A stretch of DNA of 64,000 nucleotides from Eledone cirrhosa (GCA_964016885.1 OZ024740.1:42222001-42286000); one strand, 5' to 3'. Shown: positions 13,301-25,780, numbered from the stretch's first letter. Notes: generated from the letters alone by a model not told the origin. Translations and numbers: made by a program.

Positions 13301-13852
13301 GTATCATGGAACTTGAAGCTCCCCAAAGGGCAATCACGAAAAAGATAGATGGCATGTCAGACCTTGACTACTGGGGTCGACTAGAAAAGCTGAAACTTTA
13401 CTCACTCCAACGTCGCCGTGAGCGTTATATTATCTGCATGATGTGGAAAATGTTTCATCAGCACTGCCCAAATGATGTTGGCATTACCTTCAAAATACAC
13501 CCAAGGCTTGGGCCCTGTGCTATCCGTTCCAAACAAAAATCTAAATCGCAACTCATAACAACAATACGGCACAATTATTTCACCTCAATTGGCCCGGCTC
13601 TCTTCAACATCACACCAGGACACGTCAAAACAGAAACTGACCACACGAAATTCAAGAAGTCTTTGGACAAATTCCTCCAAGTAATCCCGGACAAACCACC
13701 CACACCCGGATATGTCTCTGCAAACAGTAATTCTCTTCTCGAATGGGCCATGGTGCCCAAATCCTGAATTGAAAGACTTCGCCAGGTGGTGCTATTAAGT
13801 TAGACATGGCCTGGGCCAATATTGGCCAAAACATTTCAAAGTTATTCAAAGT

Positions 13853-13855
<3 letters not shown>
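10330..13855 (+). mobile_element. CR1-group LINE, near full length, frameshifted and internally deleted; N-terminal CCCH fingers, APE, RT
   Basis: CHYSYRICTDSGCIFTH and CRFSQRDRLCLHRDCPFTH; APE motifs LTETHL, GDFN, LDLIF, SDH; RT motifs QHGFR, YLDFSKAFDRV, SGVPQG, FAAD; end PTPGY..SNSL and (ttcaaagtta)2 tail; 5' boundary approximate. Confidence 0.88.
13043..13226 (+). mobile_element. Meta-domain-type tRNA SINE inserted in the CR1 RT C-terminus
   Basis: A box-like tggcagtatcggt, B box gagttcaaatcc, core gcctttcatccttacggggtcgataaaataaagtaccag; splits RTFQSRD / IILLFSTF. Confidence 0.92.
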
Positions 13856-13934
<79 letters not shown>

Positions 13935-13938
<4 letters not shown>

Positions 13939-14125
13939 AACAAGTAAGACCCCGACGGCTGAGCTCAAGCCGTTTCGACGGCTAATTGAATCCAGAATTA
14001 GCCGTCGAAACGGCTTGAGCTCAGCCGTCGTGGTCTTACTTGTTCCTATTACCCACTCTACTACCCTAAGTATTGAGTACTTTGGTGCGTTATGGTCCAC
14101 CTGGTTCCTTACCACATTTCCTTCG

Positions 14126-14128
<3 letters not shown>
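13935..14128. repeat. Family I palindrome with 3' half hammerhead
   Basis: Centre ~13988-13995; GAAAC ggct-tgagctc-agcc GTC at 14007-14029. Confidence 0.8.
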
Positions 14129-14157
<29 letters not shown>

Positions 14158-14196
14158 GATATTAACAAATGGAAACTATATTTATAAAACCATATC

Positions 14197-14261
14197 TATT
14201 TTATTATACATATTTCAAGGATACCATGTTAAATTATGGTATGCTTTCATCAGACAAAATA
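14197..14261 (-). ncRNA. Minimal hammerhead ribozyme (family C), left arm of fold-back
   Basis: Reverse complement of 14440-14504, core intact. Confidence 0.82.
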
Positions 14262-14439
14262 CAATATATACCAGTTTTATAAATAAATTTTGACATACCC
14301 TTTCAAAATGCGACCGTTACTTTTGGAAGACATCAGGGATATTGGATAAACAAATCCAATATGCTTGATGTCTTCCAAAAGTAACGGTCGCATTTTGAAA
14401 GGGTATGTCAAAATTTATTTATAAAACTGGTATATATTG

Positions 14440-14504
14440 TATTTTGTCTGATGAAAGCATACCATAATTTAACATGGTATCCTTGAAATATGTATAATAA
14501 AATA
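14440..14504 (+). ncRNA. Minimal hammerhead ribozyme (family C), right arm of fold-back
   Basis: tattttgt CTGATGA aag(c)ataccat-loop-atggtatcctt GAAAT atgt ATA ataaaata. Confidence 0.83.
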
Positions 14505-14631
14505 GATATGGTTTTATAAATATAGTTTCCATTTGTTAATATCGTATATTTACTCCAAATACTTGTCGAGTGCTTTATATTAGTTATAAAAATATTTGCT
14601 TGTTGTATCCCAACAATTTAAATAGAACTTT

Positions 14632-14698
<67 letters not shown>

Positions 14699-15203
14699 TG
14701 TATATATATATATATATATATACGTATGTATATAGTTCGTTGATATTACAAAGAGAAGATTATTAGAAAAAATTTGCAATAAAACCGACGTAAAATTCCT
14801 CATAACTTATATGTAACTGTCGATATAAAGTAAAGGTGGAAGATCATTTAATCTGTAGTGAATATATATTAAACCGATCTTCACTATAATAGTGTCATAC
14901 ACAATAAGTAAAATTGACCTGTTTTCAAAATACTTCCTGGTCTTTCTGTGTCTCTTTTGTATGATACAGAAAAGAACGTTACAATGTTTCATGTATTTCC
15001 TTATAGATACCACCAACCAAAGGTAAATAAATATAATAATATGTCCAAATAGATACCATATTGTAACTGAAGTTACACTATTTCCTGATAGATGTCAACT
15101 AAGGTAAAGAAGACTTATTGACATATCCAGATAGATACATCCTAAGTTAAATAGGTCGTTTTTAAATTTCCAGATAGGTATCACTTAAGGTAAATAAGGT
15201 AAA

Positions 15204-15322
15204 GGCGCATGGCTTAGTGGTTAGAGCATTGGGCTTGCACTCGAAAGGTTGTGATGTGTTGTCTCCTTGATCAAGACACTTTATTTTACGTTGCTCCAGT
15301 TTACTCAGCTGTAGAAATGAGA
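15204..15322 (+). mobile_element. tRNA-derived SINE, second family (other copies 16849-17060, 17503-17715, ~60655-60830)
   Basis: tggcttagtggttagag A box; ccttga.caagacactttattttacgttgctccag core. Confidence 0.8.
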
Positions 15323-15659
15323 TAATAGGACTGGGGTCCCTATCATTAAATCACTCAAGACACCCCCACCAAGATATACCTTGGAGGAGGCCAGCTAAAC
15401 CTGCATAGGTGTGAGCTGTAACAACAATAACAAATAAGATGCGTCACAAAGTTTAAATAGAAACTCTACCCGAAGAATGTTATGTGTGAAAGAGAAAGTA
15501 TCTGTCATTTGATGTTTTATCTTTATATCTCTTTTTAATAAATATAATTATTATTTCAAAGATTAAATTATTTTTTCAAAAGAAAATATGTATATTAAAC
15601 ATAGCTAATTGTACAATATCGATAGCTAATTATAGCTATATTAAAGAAATAGAGAGAAA

Positions 15660-16562
15660 GTGACGCCCAATCGAGTATCCTCCGCCTTCAACTAACTTAC
15701 CTGGAACCCATGCGTTTTGTTTGACAGGATGGAGAATATATTGCTCTGGAGGACGGCGAGGGAGACACGCTGGAAGAGCCACTTAAACCTCGTGGGGCTC
15801 GCACCTGCGGGTGGCCAACTCCGTTCCGATAGATAGGATGTGAGCCGGGGTCGAAGAACGCCGGAACTCTCCATTGTTACAAGCTCTACCATAAACTATT
15901 AGAGAGCGGCCGATACTTAGATAGTTTGCTCTCTTTGGCTTGGTGGACAGCAGAGCCTGGACTAGTAACCGAACATACCAGGTTGCCACTAGAGTAGGTG
16001 TCACAGGATGTGGCATCACTGATGAAGGGCCAACACCCACGGAACGGGAAAATTGTGATGTCGTCTGGCCTTTTGCCGTCCCCTCTGTCCAGTCCAGCGG
16101 GTTCAAGTTGGGCAGGGAAATCTGCGATGTCGAAGTCATGCTTTATGATCTTGTTGAGAGCAGCATGTCATGGGGGGGGGGGGGGGGAGGAGACAGCACT
16201 GTAACGGCATGACAGTGGGTGGAGACTGAAAGGATCCATAGTGGAACCGCAGCGGCATTTGTGAGGCTCACAGACCTGGAGGCCGAGCTTCAGGAAGTCA
16301 CTGATGCGCAAGCAGTCGCTATCCAGCGGACTGCCAGTCGCAAGTGATGGAACTGTGTTGAGCTAGGTACCACTGTGGGGTCGGGAAGCCGAGCGGAAAC
16401 CTGTCAAACGGTGTTGGTCGAGCCGGCGCACCAGCCTGTCTGAAATCATGTTGCAATGGATGGTGTCCCATTTGTTTGGGGGTACTAGACGTCTAGGGGG
16501 TGAATGTTCGCAAGGCGGGGCTGAGCTGGCTGCATATCACGTAGGCCACCACGCTCCTCGAC
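15660..16562 (-). mobile_element. CRE-clade non-LTR retrotransposon 3' fragment (restriction-like endonuclease), degraded
   Basis: Minus translation: LEPAGLDRGDGKRPDDITIFPF..DATSCDT..KLSKY..MESSG..LFQRVSLAVLQSN. Confidence 0.78.
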
Positions 16563-16615
16563 TACTCGAGGTTCAGTTGTATTGTAGAGATCCCTGTTGA
16601 TGAAGACATGACAAA

Positions 16616-16648
<33 letters not shown>

Positions 16649-16848
16649 GTGCATGTGTGTGTGCGTGTGTGCGTGCACGTGTGTGTGTGTGTGTGTGCGT
16701 GCATGCGTGTGAGTGTGAAGAAGAAGTAATAAGGAAGAAAAAAGGAGGAGGGGTGGAAATTGAAGTATGGAAAAATGTAACTCAAAAGCCAGCCTGACAC
16801 AATTTATCGCATTGATTTCACCTGAGAAATACGTTAAAGGCACACTTC

Positions 16849-17060
16849 GTGTGGCTGAGTGGTTAGAGAATTGGATTCGCAATCGTGACGTTGAGAGTTC
16901 GATTCCTGGACCGGGTGATGCGTTATGTCCTTGGGCAAAACACTTTATTTCACGTTGCTCCTTCTACCTGGAGTTGCGACCGATAGATAGTATTAGTAAT
17001 TGAAAAGACCAACGGGAACATTGTTTCCTTGGTCCGATTTGACGAAAGTCGATCGACTGC
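16849..17060 (+). mobile_element. tRNA SINE (second family)
   Basis: gtggctgagtggtt A box, gagttcgattcc B box; close copy at 17503-17715. Confidence 0.85.
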
Positions 17061-17502
17061 CGATGTGTTGCATGCTCGGTCATTTACATGTCAATTTCAT
17101 GAGGAGGTAAATCGCCTCCATCCTCCTAAAAAAATGAGTCTTTAAAACCTGGAAAACAGTAAGTCCTTTTACTTTACTCCACTTTTTAAATCAAACGGTT
17201 CAACAGTTTGAAGGTTCGGAGAATATCGTTACCATGTATGCTCTATCCAATTTGAAACAAAAATGTTATTAAATATCAGACCTGCCAGCCTCTAAAAACC
17301 CAAACGAGGAGTACCATGAAAAAAAGTGCCGCTAAACTGAGAGAAAGAAGGCAAAATGGGAAGATTTTACATAATGAAAGCTATACCTATTTTCACCAGA
17401 GAAGCATCTCTCATCCACCCCAAAGTGGGTGGGAGATCTCCACGTCGGACAGAGAGAGTTGACAGGTCTGAAATATCCTTCCTTTTACTTGTTTTTATTG
17501 AA

Positions 17503-17715
17503 GGCCTGTGGCTGAGTGGTTAGAAAATTGGATTCACAATCTTGAGGGTGTGAGTTCGATTCCTGGACCGAGTGATGCGTTATGTCCTTGAGGAAAACAC
17601 TTTATTTCACGTTGCTCCTTCTACCTGGAGTTGCGACCGACAGATAGTACTAGCAACTGGAAAGACTAACGGAAACATTGTTTCCTCGGTCTGATTTGAC
17701 GAAAGTCGATCGATC
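17503..17715 (+). mobile_element. tRNA SINE (second family) with imperfect TSD
   Basis: Same A/B boxes; tccttttacttgttttt-like sequence on both sides. Confidence 0.85.
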
Positions 17716-18897
17716 CTTTTTTTACTTGTTTTTCAATATCTATTGATAAATATTAATAAAGAGAGCAACGGTCTAAAAGTAAAACTATCCTGTAGTTTAG
17801 GTAGAAGTGTGATTCTATTTACAAATAAGGATTCTAAGTTTGCAGTTGTTTCATACTTTCTCGTTGCTGTAAACAATCTTTCTTTCCATCTTGTTCCTCC
17901 GTTAACCGATATTGCTTAAAATACGTCATGTCCGTTTGTATATTTATACAACTCCACCATTTTAAATCCAGGTATCCATGGCCAAATATGTCATGATTTC
18001 TCTAAGATGTTTTTCAGAATACAATGTGTTTCCTTATTAATGTTGTTCAATTATTGTTATTGCTGTTGCTATTTTTGAATTACAGAATTACAGAGGGATG
18101 GACAAAAAAATTGTGCACAGAACAGTACTGTAACTTAGGTTACTATCTGGTTGCAATGTTGTGTTGCAATATTGGGATTTTTCAAGGTAAAGTATTTAAA
18201 ATATCTAATTCTGTGCTCTTGTTATCTCATTCTGACAGGTAAGCGTAAAACAGTAGCATTAGGTATCAAACTAAAGAGAATCAGAGTAAACAAAAGAATT
18301 GAACAAACGGCGACAAACTAACTGCTTCTACCGTCATTTAAACGTTTCTCAGCTACATAAAGAACCCAACCAATACAAATTAGTTATATCTACTCTACAA
18401 GCTAAGATTCCTCGCCATTCCAAATTACACGACATGTGTATCATGAATTTTGTATGATACCAAATAACAAACAACCTGCACCGTCATTCAACAGTATAAC
18501 CTAAGCAACATTATAGCTTATTTATCATAATATAATAAAGGGAGGGGTGCGGGACTGTGTCCTGAATATATATTTTTATCCCGTTAGTAAAATAAGCCCG
18601 ATTACTTTGAATAGATAATGAATGAATATTACATAATTTATGTACTAAATTTCGTAGCTATTGATTAAACATAACTACTCTTATATATAATGATTGCTTA
18701 TTTTAAGATTCACTTCTTTAAAAATGTTCAAATGTCAATATTTCCGGTTAGGATATAACGAACGCTATATTATATCGCTTATATAAACGTTCATATATTT
18801 GCATCGTTATACCATAACGTTTATATTGCGTATAATATCAATATGCACACTACACATGCTAGCATTTTTTATTTATCATGTGTTTACCTCATTATTA

Positions 18898-19003
18898 ACC
18901 GCCGAGGTTAACTTTGCCTTTCATCCTTACGGGGTCGATAAAATAAAGTACCAGTTATGCACTTGGAATATGCTGGCCTTGTGCCAAAAGTAGAAACAAT
19001 TAT
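18898..19003 (+). mobile_element. 5'-truncated Meta-type SINE
   Basis: Core and tail match 13043-13226. Confidence 0.88.
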
Positions 19004-19279
19004 TAAGTATATTCAGTGGAAATTTCCTTATTTCGGAAGTTATTACAAAACGCAAGTGAGAACTACAATGGGATATTGCTTCAAGATCTGTGACAATACT
19101 GCTGCTAACATATAGAGGGATTCTAGACCACCTAGAAATGTCTGTCGAGTGATTTGCATGAAGACTCTCGTTAACCTTCAAAAGCCTCTAGTCTACTGAT
19201 ATATTGTGTCCTCAATTTACTTTTTCTACAGAATACTACAGAAACTTCGAATTCTCGGAGATAACTTGTTTTGTAAAAT

Positions 19280-19800
19280 TTACTCTGGAAGAAATTGGTT
19301 GTATTCAGATCTGGAGAAGGTATCATCTCCATCAAATTGCACTTGTCTCCCTCCCTCCTGATCTCCTAACACACATATTGTTCCCCCGAGCTCCGTACTA
19401 AACAATTTTACCAGTTCTTTCTTCCAAGGCCCCCAGCTCTCGAGAAACCTCTCTTTCTTTATATTTTCCCACAGCCATCAACTTTCAGCTGTTCAACAGG
19501 GAAATTAACCACGTCAATCTAGTTAATTTTGGGCGATTTGTATAGTCTATAAAGTGTGCTACATTCTCCAGCCCCAATAATTGAAAACAGAAAATTAAAG
19601 CGAATGGTACACATTTAATTGAAGGCATGTGCTTTAACTACGGTTGTCTACCCCGTGAAAACTTCTTCGTTGAACCGTAATTCCTGGTAGAGTCGTAGGG
19701 GCACTGTAGTGACATACGGCGTTCTTTTGGCATTTTGTTTAAACCTGACGGAGCTGATACCTTCTCCAGATCTGAATACATTCAATTTCTTTCAGAGTAA
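19280..19800. mobile_element. MITE-like element with ~55-bp imperfect TIRs
   Basis: ttactctggaagaaattg..tattcagatctggagaaggtatca versus tgataccttctccagatctgaata..caatttctttcagagtaa. Confidence 0.6.
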
Positions 19801-19849
19801 GGAAAGAGAGTGATAGAGTGTAAGTGAAAAATGAGAGATAGAGGAAGAA

Positions 19850-20005
19850 TTGCCCTCAGTACTGGACTGGTAACTTTTATCGACATCGGAATGATGAAAG
19901 GCAAAGCTGACTTCGGCGGGATTTGAAATTAGAGTGCAGAGAGATGGAACGAATATCATAAAGCATTCTATCCAAAATTCTAACGACTCTGCCAATTTGC
20001 CGTCT
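19850..20005 (-). mobile_element. Diverged Meta-type SINE
   Basis: tttatcgac..gatgaaaggcaaagctgacttcggcgggatttgaa. Confidence 0.75.
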
Positions 20006-20609
20006 ACCTCGGGCTATAAAAAGACACAAAACAACATTACAGATTTTAAAATCAAAAGACTGTTATTCGTAACATAATTTTAAGAATTTTTATAAATGCA
20101 AATTTGGGCAGTTCTATTTAAAGACCAATTAAGCGCAAATGGCCAACTCTAAAGTAAGATACATACAAATGTATGTGTAATACACACTGAGAGATACTTC
20201 TGAACCAGGAATATTCAATATATTATGTTTAAATTTTTATGCAATTGAAAATAAGTAACAGATAGAAAATTGCGAATATTTGAGTCTGAAAATTGGAATC
20301 AGATGGTAAAAAAATATATGATCAGGATACACATTATTGTAGACTACTAATTATAATGTAAACTTTTAGGCAATTATAAGAATTTTTGTGAGTGGCAGAT
20401 TAGAGCCAGATGGCTGGAGGCATATTTTTAGATGCTGATAATTGTAAGATCTATTTTAGATCATACCCCCGAAATTAGCACGTGGAGAGGAAGATGCTGG
20501 GTAGAACTTTTCTGAATCGTACATACTATATTATGTTCCGTTGTCAAAGAATTAAAATTCTCTTTCTCCACCCACCCCCTCTCTTGCTCTCTGTATATAT
20601 ATATATAAG

Positions 20610-20792
20610 TTTATCCCGGGTTCAATCGGGGGTAATCACTGTAAGTAAAGTGCTCAATACATAAGAGAGTATAATTATTTAATATAGAAAGGCTTCTACA
20701 GGACTAGAACTGTTTCATTCAGTAGAAATCATCAGGAAGCCTGATGATTTCTACTGAATGAAACAGTTCTAGTCCTGTAGAAGCCTTCTATA
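20610..20792. repeat. Palindrome (20686-20792) centred immediately 5' of a CTGATGA..GAAAC motif
   Basis: ..gaaatcatcagg-aag-cctgatgatttc..; same family as 3048-3365. Confidence 0.8.
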
Positions 20793-20899
20793 TATATATA
20801 TATTTATATATATATATATGTGTGTGTGTATGCATATATATAGATACATTTATTTATTTATATTTATGTATATAAATGTGCATACATATTATTTATATA

Positions 20900-20995
20900 T
20901 GGAATTATGTGATTAAAGAGCTCACTCTATAACCACATGGTTTCGGATTTAGTTCCACTGCGTGGCACCTTCGGCAAGTATCTTATAATACTAGA
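20900..20995 (+). mobile_element. Decayed tRNA SINE head (third family)
   Basis: aaccacatggtttcgga..agttccactgcgtggcaccttcggcaagt. Confidence 0.55.
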
Positions 20996-21079
20996 GCATA
21001 GTACAGAACATAGATATAAACGATAAAGTAAACAACGAAGTGACACCTACCTGGTGATGTCCAGCAGAAGCAAGGGGGA

Positions 21080-21128
21080 CAACCGTTTATGCATTTCAGG
21101 CTTAACTGGCCTTCGTCAGGATGGCCGC
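21080..21128 (-). ncRNA. Minimal hammerhead ribozyme (family D), stem I partly decayed
   Basis: Minus: cggccatc CTGACGA aggc-cagttaa-gcct GAAAT gc ATA aacggttg; palindromic helix III ATGCAT. Confidence 0.72.
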
Positions 21129-21339
21129 TCCCACCGCTTGCGACTGCTCGACTAGAAGACAGCTGAGAATATATAGTTTTCTCGTCTGTGTAAATGAGGT
21201 GATTAATCTCATTTGCATATGAAGCTGCATAAGTTGGTTCAACACAGCTTCCTAAAACTGTATTTCTTTGGAGATACGAAATATTTATACATATATATAT
21301 ATATATTTAATTAGAAAGTGAACAACACAATATATAACT

Positions 21340-21409
21340 ATTCCATTACCAAAGGTTTCAGGACCCTAGACAATATTAATGTACGTCTGGATCGGTCATC
21401 AGACAGAGA
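21340..21409 (-). ncRNA. Hammerhead ribozyme (family E), left arm of palindrome 21308-21523
   Basis: Mirror of 21423-21492 with a few stem II changes. Confidence 0.75.
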
Positions 21410-21422
21410 TGTAAAGATAACA

Positions 21423-21492
21423 TCTCTGTCTGATGACCGATCCAGACGTACATTAATATTGTCTGCGATCCAGAAACCTTTGGTAATGGAGA
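21423..21492 (+). ncRNA. Hammerhead ribozyme (family E), right arm
   Basis: tctctgt CTGATGA cc-gatc-cagac-loop-gtctg-c-gatc-ca GAAAC c-ttt-g GTA atggaga; 7-bp stem I. Confidence 0.83.
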
Positions 21493-21540
21493 ACTTACAT
21501 TTTGTGTTGTTCACTTTCTAATTATATATATATATACAGT

Positions 21541-21580
21541 CCGAGCTGAAGTCCGCATAAGGTGAAACAATTGTTCTCGG
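21541..21580 (+). ncRNA. Minimal hammerhead-like motif with one core deviation (A9)
   Basis: ccgag CTGAAG(t) cc-gcataa-gg t GAAAC aatt GTT ctcgg; perfect stem I and perfect ACAATTGT palindrome. Confidence 0.65.
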
Positions 21581-21671
21581 TATGGTGAACTAACTGTTGT
21601 GTTACTACTTCTACCAAACTCGTCCAATGGACTGAGTGTTCTACCACTACGGATATTACCTTCCAGTGTTC

Positions 21672-21765
<94 letters not shown>

Positions 21766-21930
21766 TGATGGTAGCTGAGATGCTTCCATAGGCGTTGTGC
21801 CAGTTGGGCACTCTATGCTTTTACAGAGCAGAGTAAGATGGAATAGAAAACTGATTTTTCGTTTTCTATTCTCTCTCTCTCTATATATATATACATATAT
21901 ACACACACACACACACTTATATATATGTAT

Positions 21931-21994
<64 letters not shown>

Positions 21995-22029
21995 TTAAAA
22001 TATATGATAAACACGAAATGTGTTTATAT

Positions 22030-24306
22030 TGCAACAGACAAAGTTAGCCATTAATGAAATAAACTAATTAAAGTAAATACAATTTGTCTGTCTCGATATA
22101 AGTCAATAAAGACAAGCTTATATTGGCAACAGCCATGATTCCTGGACATATTTAAATTTCAAAATTCAAACCTGTTCTGTAGACGAATTTGAACCTCATG
22201 GTCTGCCATGTATATGAAGAAATAAAAGGCAATAAAATGAAGAAAACAGAAAATAAATAATAAATAAAGAATAAATGAAAAATTAATTAATGAAAAATGA
22301 AAATTGAGACATGAAAAATGAAAATGGAAATTGAAAAATTGAAAAATGAAAAATGAAAAATGAAAAATGAAATATGAAAATGAAAAGTGGAAAATAGAAG
22401 TGAAGATTCAAATAAAATAAAATGTGTGTGTGCTATAACCAATCTCAAGATCAGAAAGATGTTGGATAAAGTGGTAGGAGGAACAAGATGGTAAATGAAT
22501 AAAACGAAATAAGATAATTAAATAAAAAGTGTGTGTGTTATAACCATTCTCAAATTAAATATAAGGCAATAAGGTGAAGAAAACAAAACAAATGGAAAAT
22601 CAATGAAAAATCAATGAAAAATCAATGAAAAATCAATGAAAAATCAAGTAAAATAAAATGTGTGTGTTATAAAGATGTTGACCAAATTAGAAAGGCTGTG
22701 TCAGAATTAATCTCTAGGCTATCATGGTGTCTGTTCAGCCTGGATGGGTCCCTGTGGATTGAGGGGAGTTCCCAACCTATGGTGTTGTTACTGCCCATAT
22801 AGCTTGAGGGAGGTCTGGCCGAGAGGTGTCTAAATGTTCTGGAGAAGTCCTCATAGCTTGAGGGGGGTTCACATCTCAGTGTGTTGCTACTGTCCATATA
22901 GCTTGAAGAAGGTCCCGACCCTGAGGTGTCTGCATGTGCCGAAGAAGTCGGTTCTGAGGTTTATCAGGCTGCTGCCACCTCTTAGTATCTCGAGGGTCTC
23001 GTTCAGACATAGTTTGCATATGCCAGATCCCCCTTTATCGGGTGGTACCTTCCTGATTATGGACCAGCCCAGAGAGTACGGAGTCCTGTCCAGATTCAGC
23101 TTCTAGATCAGGTCGGAAAGAGCCGTACTTTTCCTTTTGACCTCCTTGTTGAAGGAATGGCAATGGTTATACCAACGGTCTTCAAAGCTCGTTGATGTGG
23201 CTCCTATGTAGAGGTGTTCGGAGTTGGTATTTGTGGCCAGTTGGGAAGTTTTTATCTAGGCGTGAGAAGAAAGCCTTAGGTAAGTTGGTAGAGACGTTTA
23301 GATTGAAAGGAGGGTTGAAAAATGTATTATTTCTTCTTCTATTTTTGTTTTTCATGTCTGGTGGGTTGTTTCCTTTTATGGTACTATGGTAACTTATGTG
23401 GTGTAGGTTACGTTTGTTGGCATCCTTCGTATTAGTGTGTGTTTGGTTGCTATTCTTATTACTAAATTTCCTCATGGACATATTGTGCGAAATAATGTTG
23501 TAGCTATGTGTTTTTGTAGGTAGGAACTCGATCTCTATATTATGGCCTGATCTAGCTAATGCCTGATTATAATATTGCGAGTTTTTGCTAAATATGTTTA
23601 CGTCATAGGATAGATTAGAGATACTCCCTTAGAGATAGAGTTTAATATTGATCTAGGGTGGTTAGACTTGGTATCTACGTAAATCAGTTTTTCGTTAGGT
23701 TTATGGAAAGGTGTATATATCTTTGAGTCTAGGTAGAGGGTGGCGTCTAAGAAGTTAACGTTTTTAGCGTTTTTGTCTATGTGATACTAAGGTTATAGTT
23801 TTTGAATGTCTTGTGCAATAGTTTTCTAGTCCTTTCTATATTGAATTTTTTTAATTTTTTTATAGTCTATAAGTAGAAGTGCATCATCGCGGTACAAACC
23901 ACCGTTGAGGTATGGAAGGTCCTTATGGATTTCGTTAAGTAAATATAGGCCGACCAAATCAGTGACCTGCGCCGAGTCACTAGATCCCATGGTTATGTCG
24001 AAGTTGTTTTGCGTATCCTTGCGGGTCCATAATTGGTCTTCAAAGGTGATTACGGTTTTACGGGCCGCAAGTATGACATCAATATGGGGTCTAGTTAGGT
24101 CACTATTGTCCATGGCCATGATTAGTGCCTTATTTAATAGGATAGGGGAAATAGAGGTGTAGTAATAATTGATATCAAATTGAATAAATTTTTTATCCTT
24201 GTTATCCTTGATATCTTTGAACCATTCAATGACCAGTATTTCCCCATTGTTTAAGGTATATCTTGTGTTTAATCTGTGGGATGATTTTATCTAAAATTTT
24301 CTTTGA
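22030..24306 (-). mobile_element. Penelope-like element, probably Naiad-type, 5'-truncated: RT, deleted linker, GIY-YIG/CCHH region, repetitive 3'UTR
   Basis: FIQFDI..YTSIS, FDITMGSSDSAQVTDLVGLYLL, GLYRDDAL, FFNPPFNLNVSTN, YIGATSTSFEDRWYNH..STALS, CKLCLNE..CRH; 3' boundary approximate. Confidence 0.85.
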
Positions 24307-24484
24307 ACAGAACTTTGATTCATGTGATTTCTATATAACTGCTCTGTAGAACAACTGATGTTATTACATTGAGGTATTTATCTTACTGGTAATAAGGTAG
24401 TAATAAATTACTGTCTTTCACTGTTAAAATATATATAACTATAATAAGTTTTAGTATATACATAACCATAAATAGTATCCTTAA

Positions 24485-24520
<36 letters not shown>

Positions 24521-24522
<2 letters not shown>

Positions 24523-24912
24523 AAGGCGGGTAAAATTCCCGAGATCCATGGACGAGTTCTCTCCAGCGGTCTCTGTCCCTCATTATCGCTGCCATATCCT
24601 GCATCTCCAACAGACCAGTGCCTGTCCTTAGGGCATCAACATATGTTAACCTTGGTCTTCCTCTTCTAGTGTGTCCATGTAGGGGCTCCCAAAGGAGCAC
24701 TGAGTGCAATGTCAACTCTGGATGTCGGTGAGCATGTCCAGCCAACCTCAGTCTCCTCTGTGTCACTTTTGAGCTGACTTTTGGGATGCTCCCATACAGC
24801 TCTGAGTTTTTCATCCCCAGTGTATACTGATTAATGTTCAGAGCCATCCTCAGCATTCTCGTGTAGCACCCAACCACCATCTGAGTGAGTCTCTTGGTCA
24901 GTGTCCAAGTCT
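24521..24912 (-). mobile_element. RTE-clade LINE 3' fragment
   Basis: ETWTLTK..CYTRMLRMALNI..RRLRLAGH..RRGRPRLTYVD. Confidence 0.85.
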
Positions 24913-24970
24913 CGTACGTCTGTATACGTATATGTATGTACGTATACATACATACATACTTATATATATT

Positions 24971-25776
24971 TATCGCCGATAAAGCCTGGCAGCTTCGGAG
25001 GAACAATCAAGCGTTCTCCCTTGATTGGCAAATTATTGCAGCTGCGCCTGCATATCAGCAAAATCATCGATTCTGCAAGTTATGCAATTTAGAGATATAC
25101 TGCATTTTAACGTCGGTAAACAAACTTTTGAACAGCAAAATTGAACGTTCTCTATACTGTAACCATCGTTTGAAAACGACTTTTTCTTTTTTTAAATGCA
25201 TATAATGTTACCTTTTTACACCAACGTTTGCAAATTTCTGTCTTATATGTTTATACACTAGATATGGCTTTCTATAATAATAGTACTAAACACTGTTTTT
25301 CTGGACCCCTTTAGAAATAACCTGCTACTATAATAGCCCTAATAACTTGTCTGTGACATTATACCACTTTGACCCCTCTAACTAAATTTTGTCCGAACAA
25401 CACCACTAGAAGTATCTACTTCCCAGCCAACCCTAGCACGCCTCATTAAGCTAACTGCTGCCAAAACATTCTCTCTTCACAATCTCTACTAGTCTGACAG
25501 TCTTAAACCCTAAGACTCCCTCCACCTTACTCACTTCCCTCTTCCCCTTCTCTTCCTACCTCCTTCTTTATCTTTTATCTAGTGTATAAAATATTTTCAT
25601 ATCATTCTAATACAAAGGTCTGATGACATGGTGTGTTGGCCTACAGTGTACTTTCGGTTTTTGATAATATTTGTGTATTATTCAAATAGCGAGGTATAGG
25701 TAACTCATACACTATAGAAACAATTGTTACCTAATAAATTCTATATACCCGCATTTCCATTTCGTAAATTTTTTCT

Positions 25777-25780
<4 letters not shown>
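24971..25780 (+). mobile_element. Naiad-type PLE 3' end (endonuclease C-terminus + 3'UTR/pseudo-LTR with hammerhead)
   Basis: ADKAWQLRRNN..DWQII..AY..CKLCNLE..LLNSKIE..CNH; ends in (TA)n. Confidence 0.82.
25616..25732 (+). ncRNA. Hammerhead ribozyme (family F) with ~90-nt stem II domain
   Basis: aggt CTGATGA c-atggtgtg...tacactat-a GAAAC aatt GTT acct; perfect ACAATTGT palindrome. Confidence 0.78.

Noticed and set aside
13043-17715. tRNA genes or CRISPR arrays
   Set aside because: A/B boxes belong to SINE heads without a full cloverleaf; no repeat-spacer array is present and the DNA is eukaryotic
18080-18245. Possible host exon (AG acceptor; GTAAAG and GTAAGC donors)
   Set aside because: No recognisable protein similarity or partner exons; needs RNA-seq
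22900-25205. Selenocysteine recoding reported for some Naiad PLEs
   Set aside because: The visible CxxC/CxH positions use ordinary Cys codons and no SECIS was recognised
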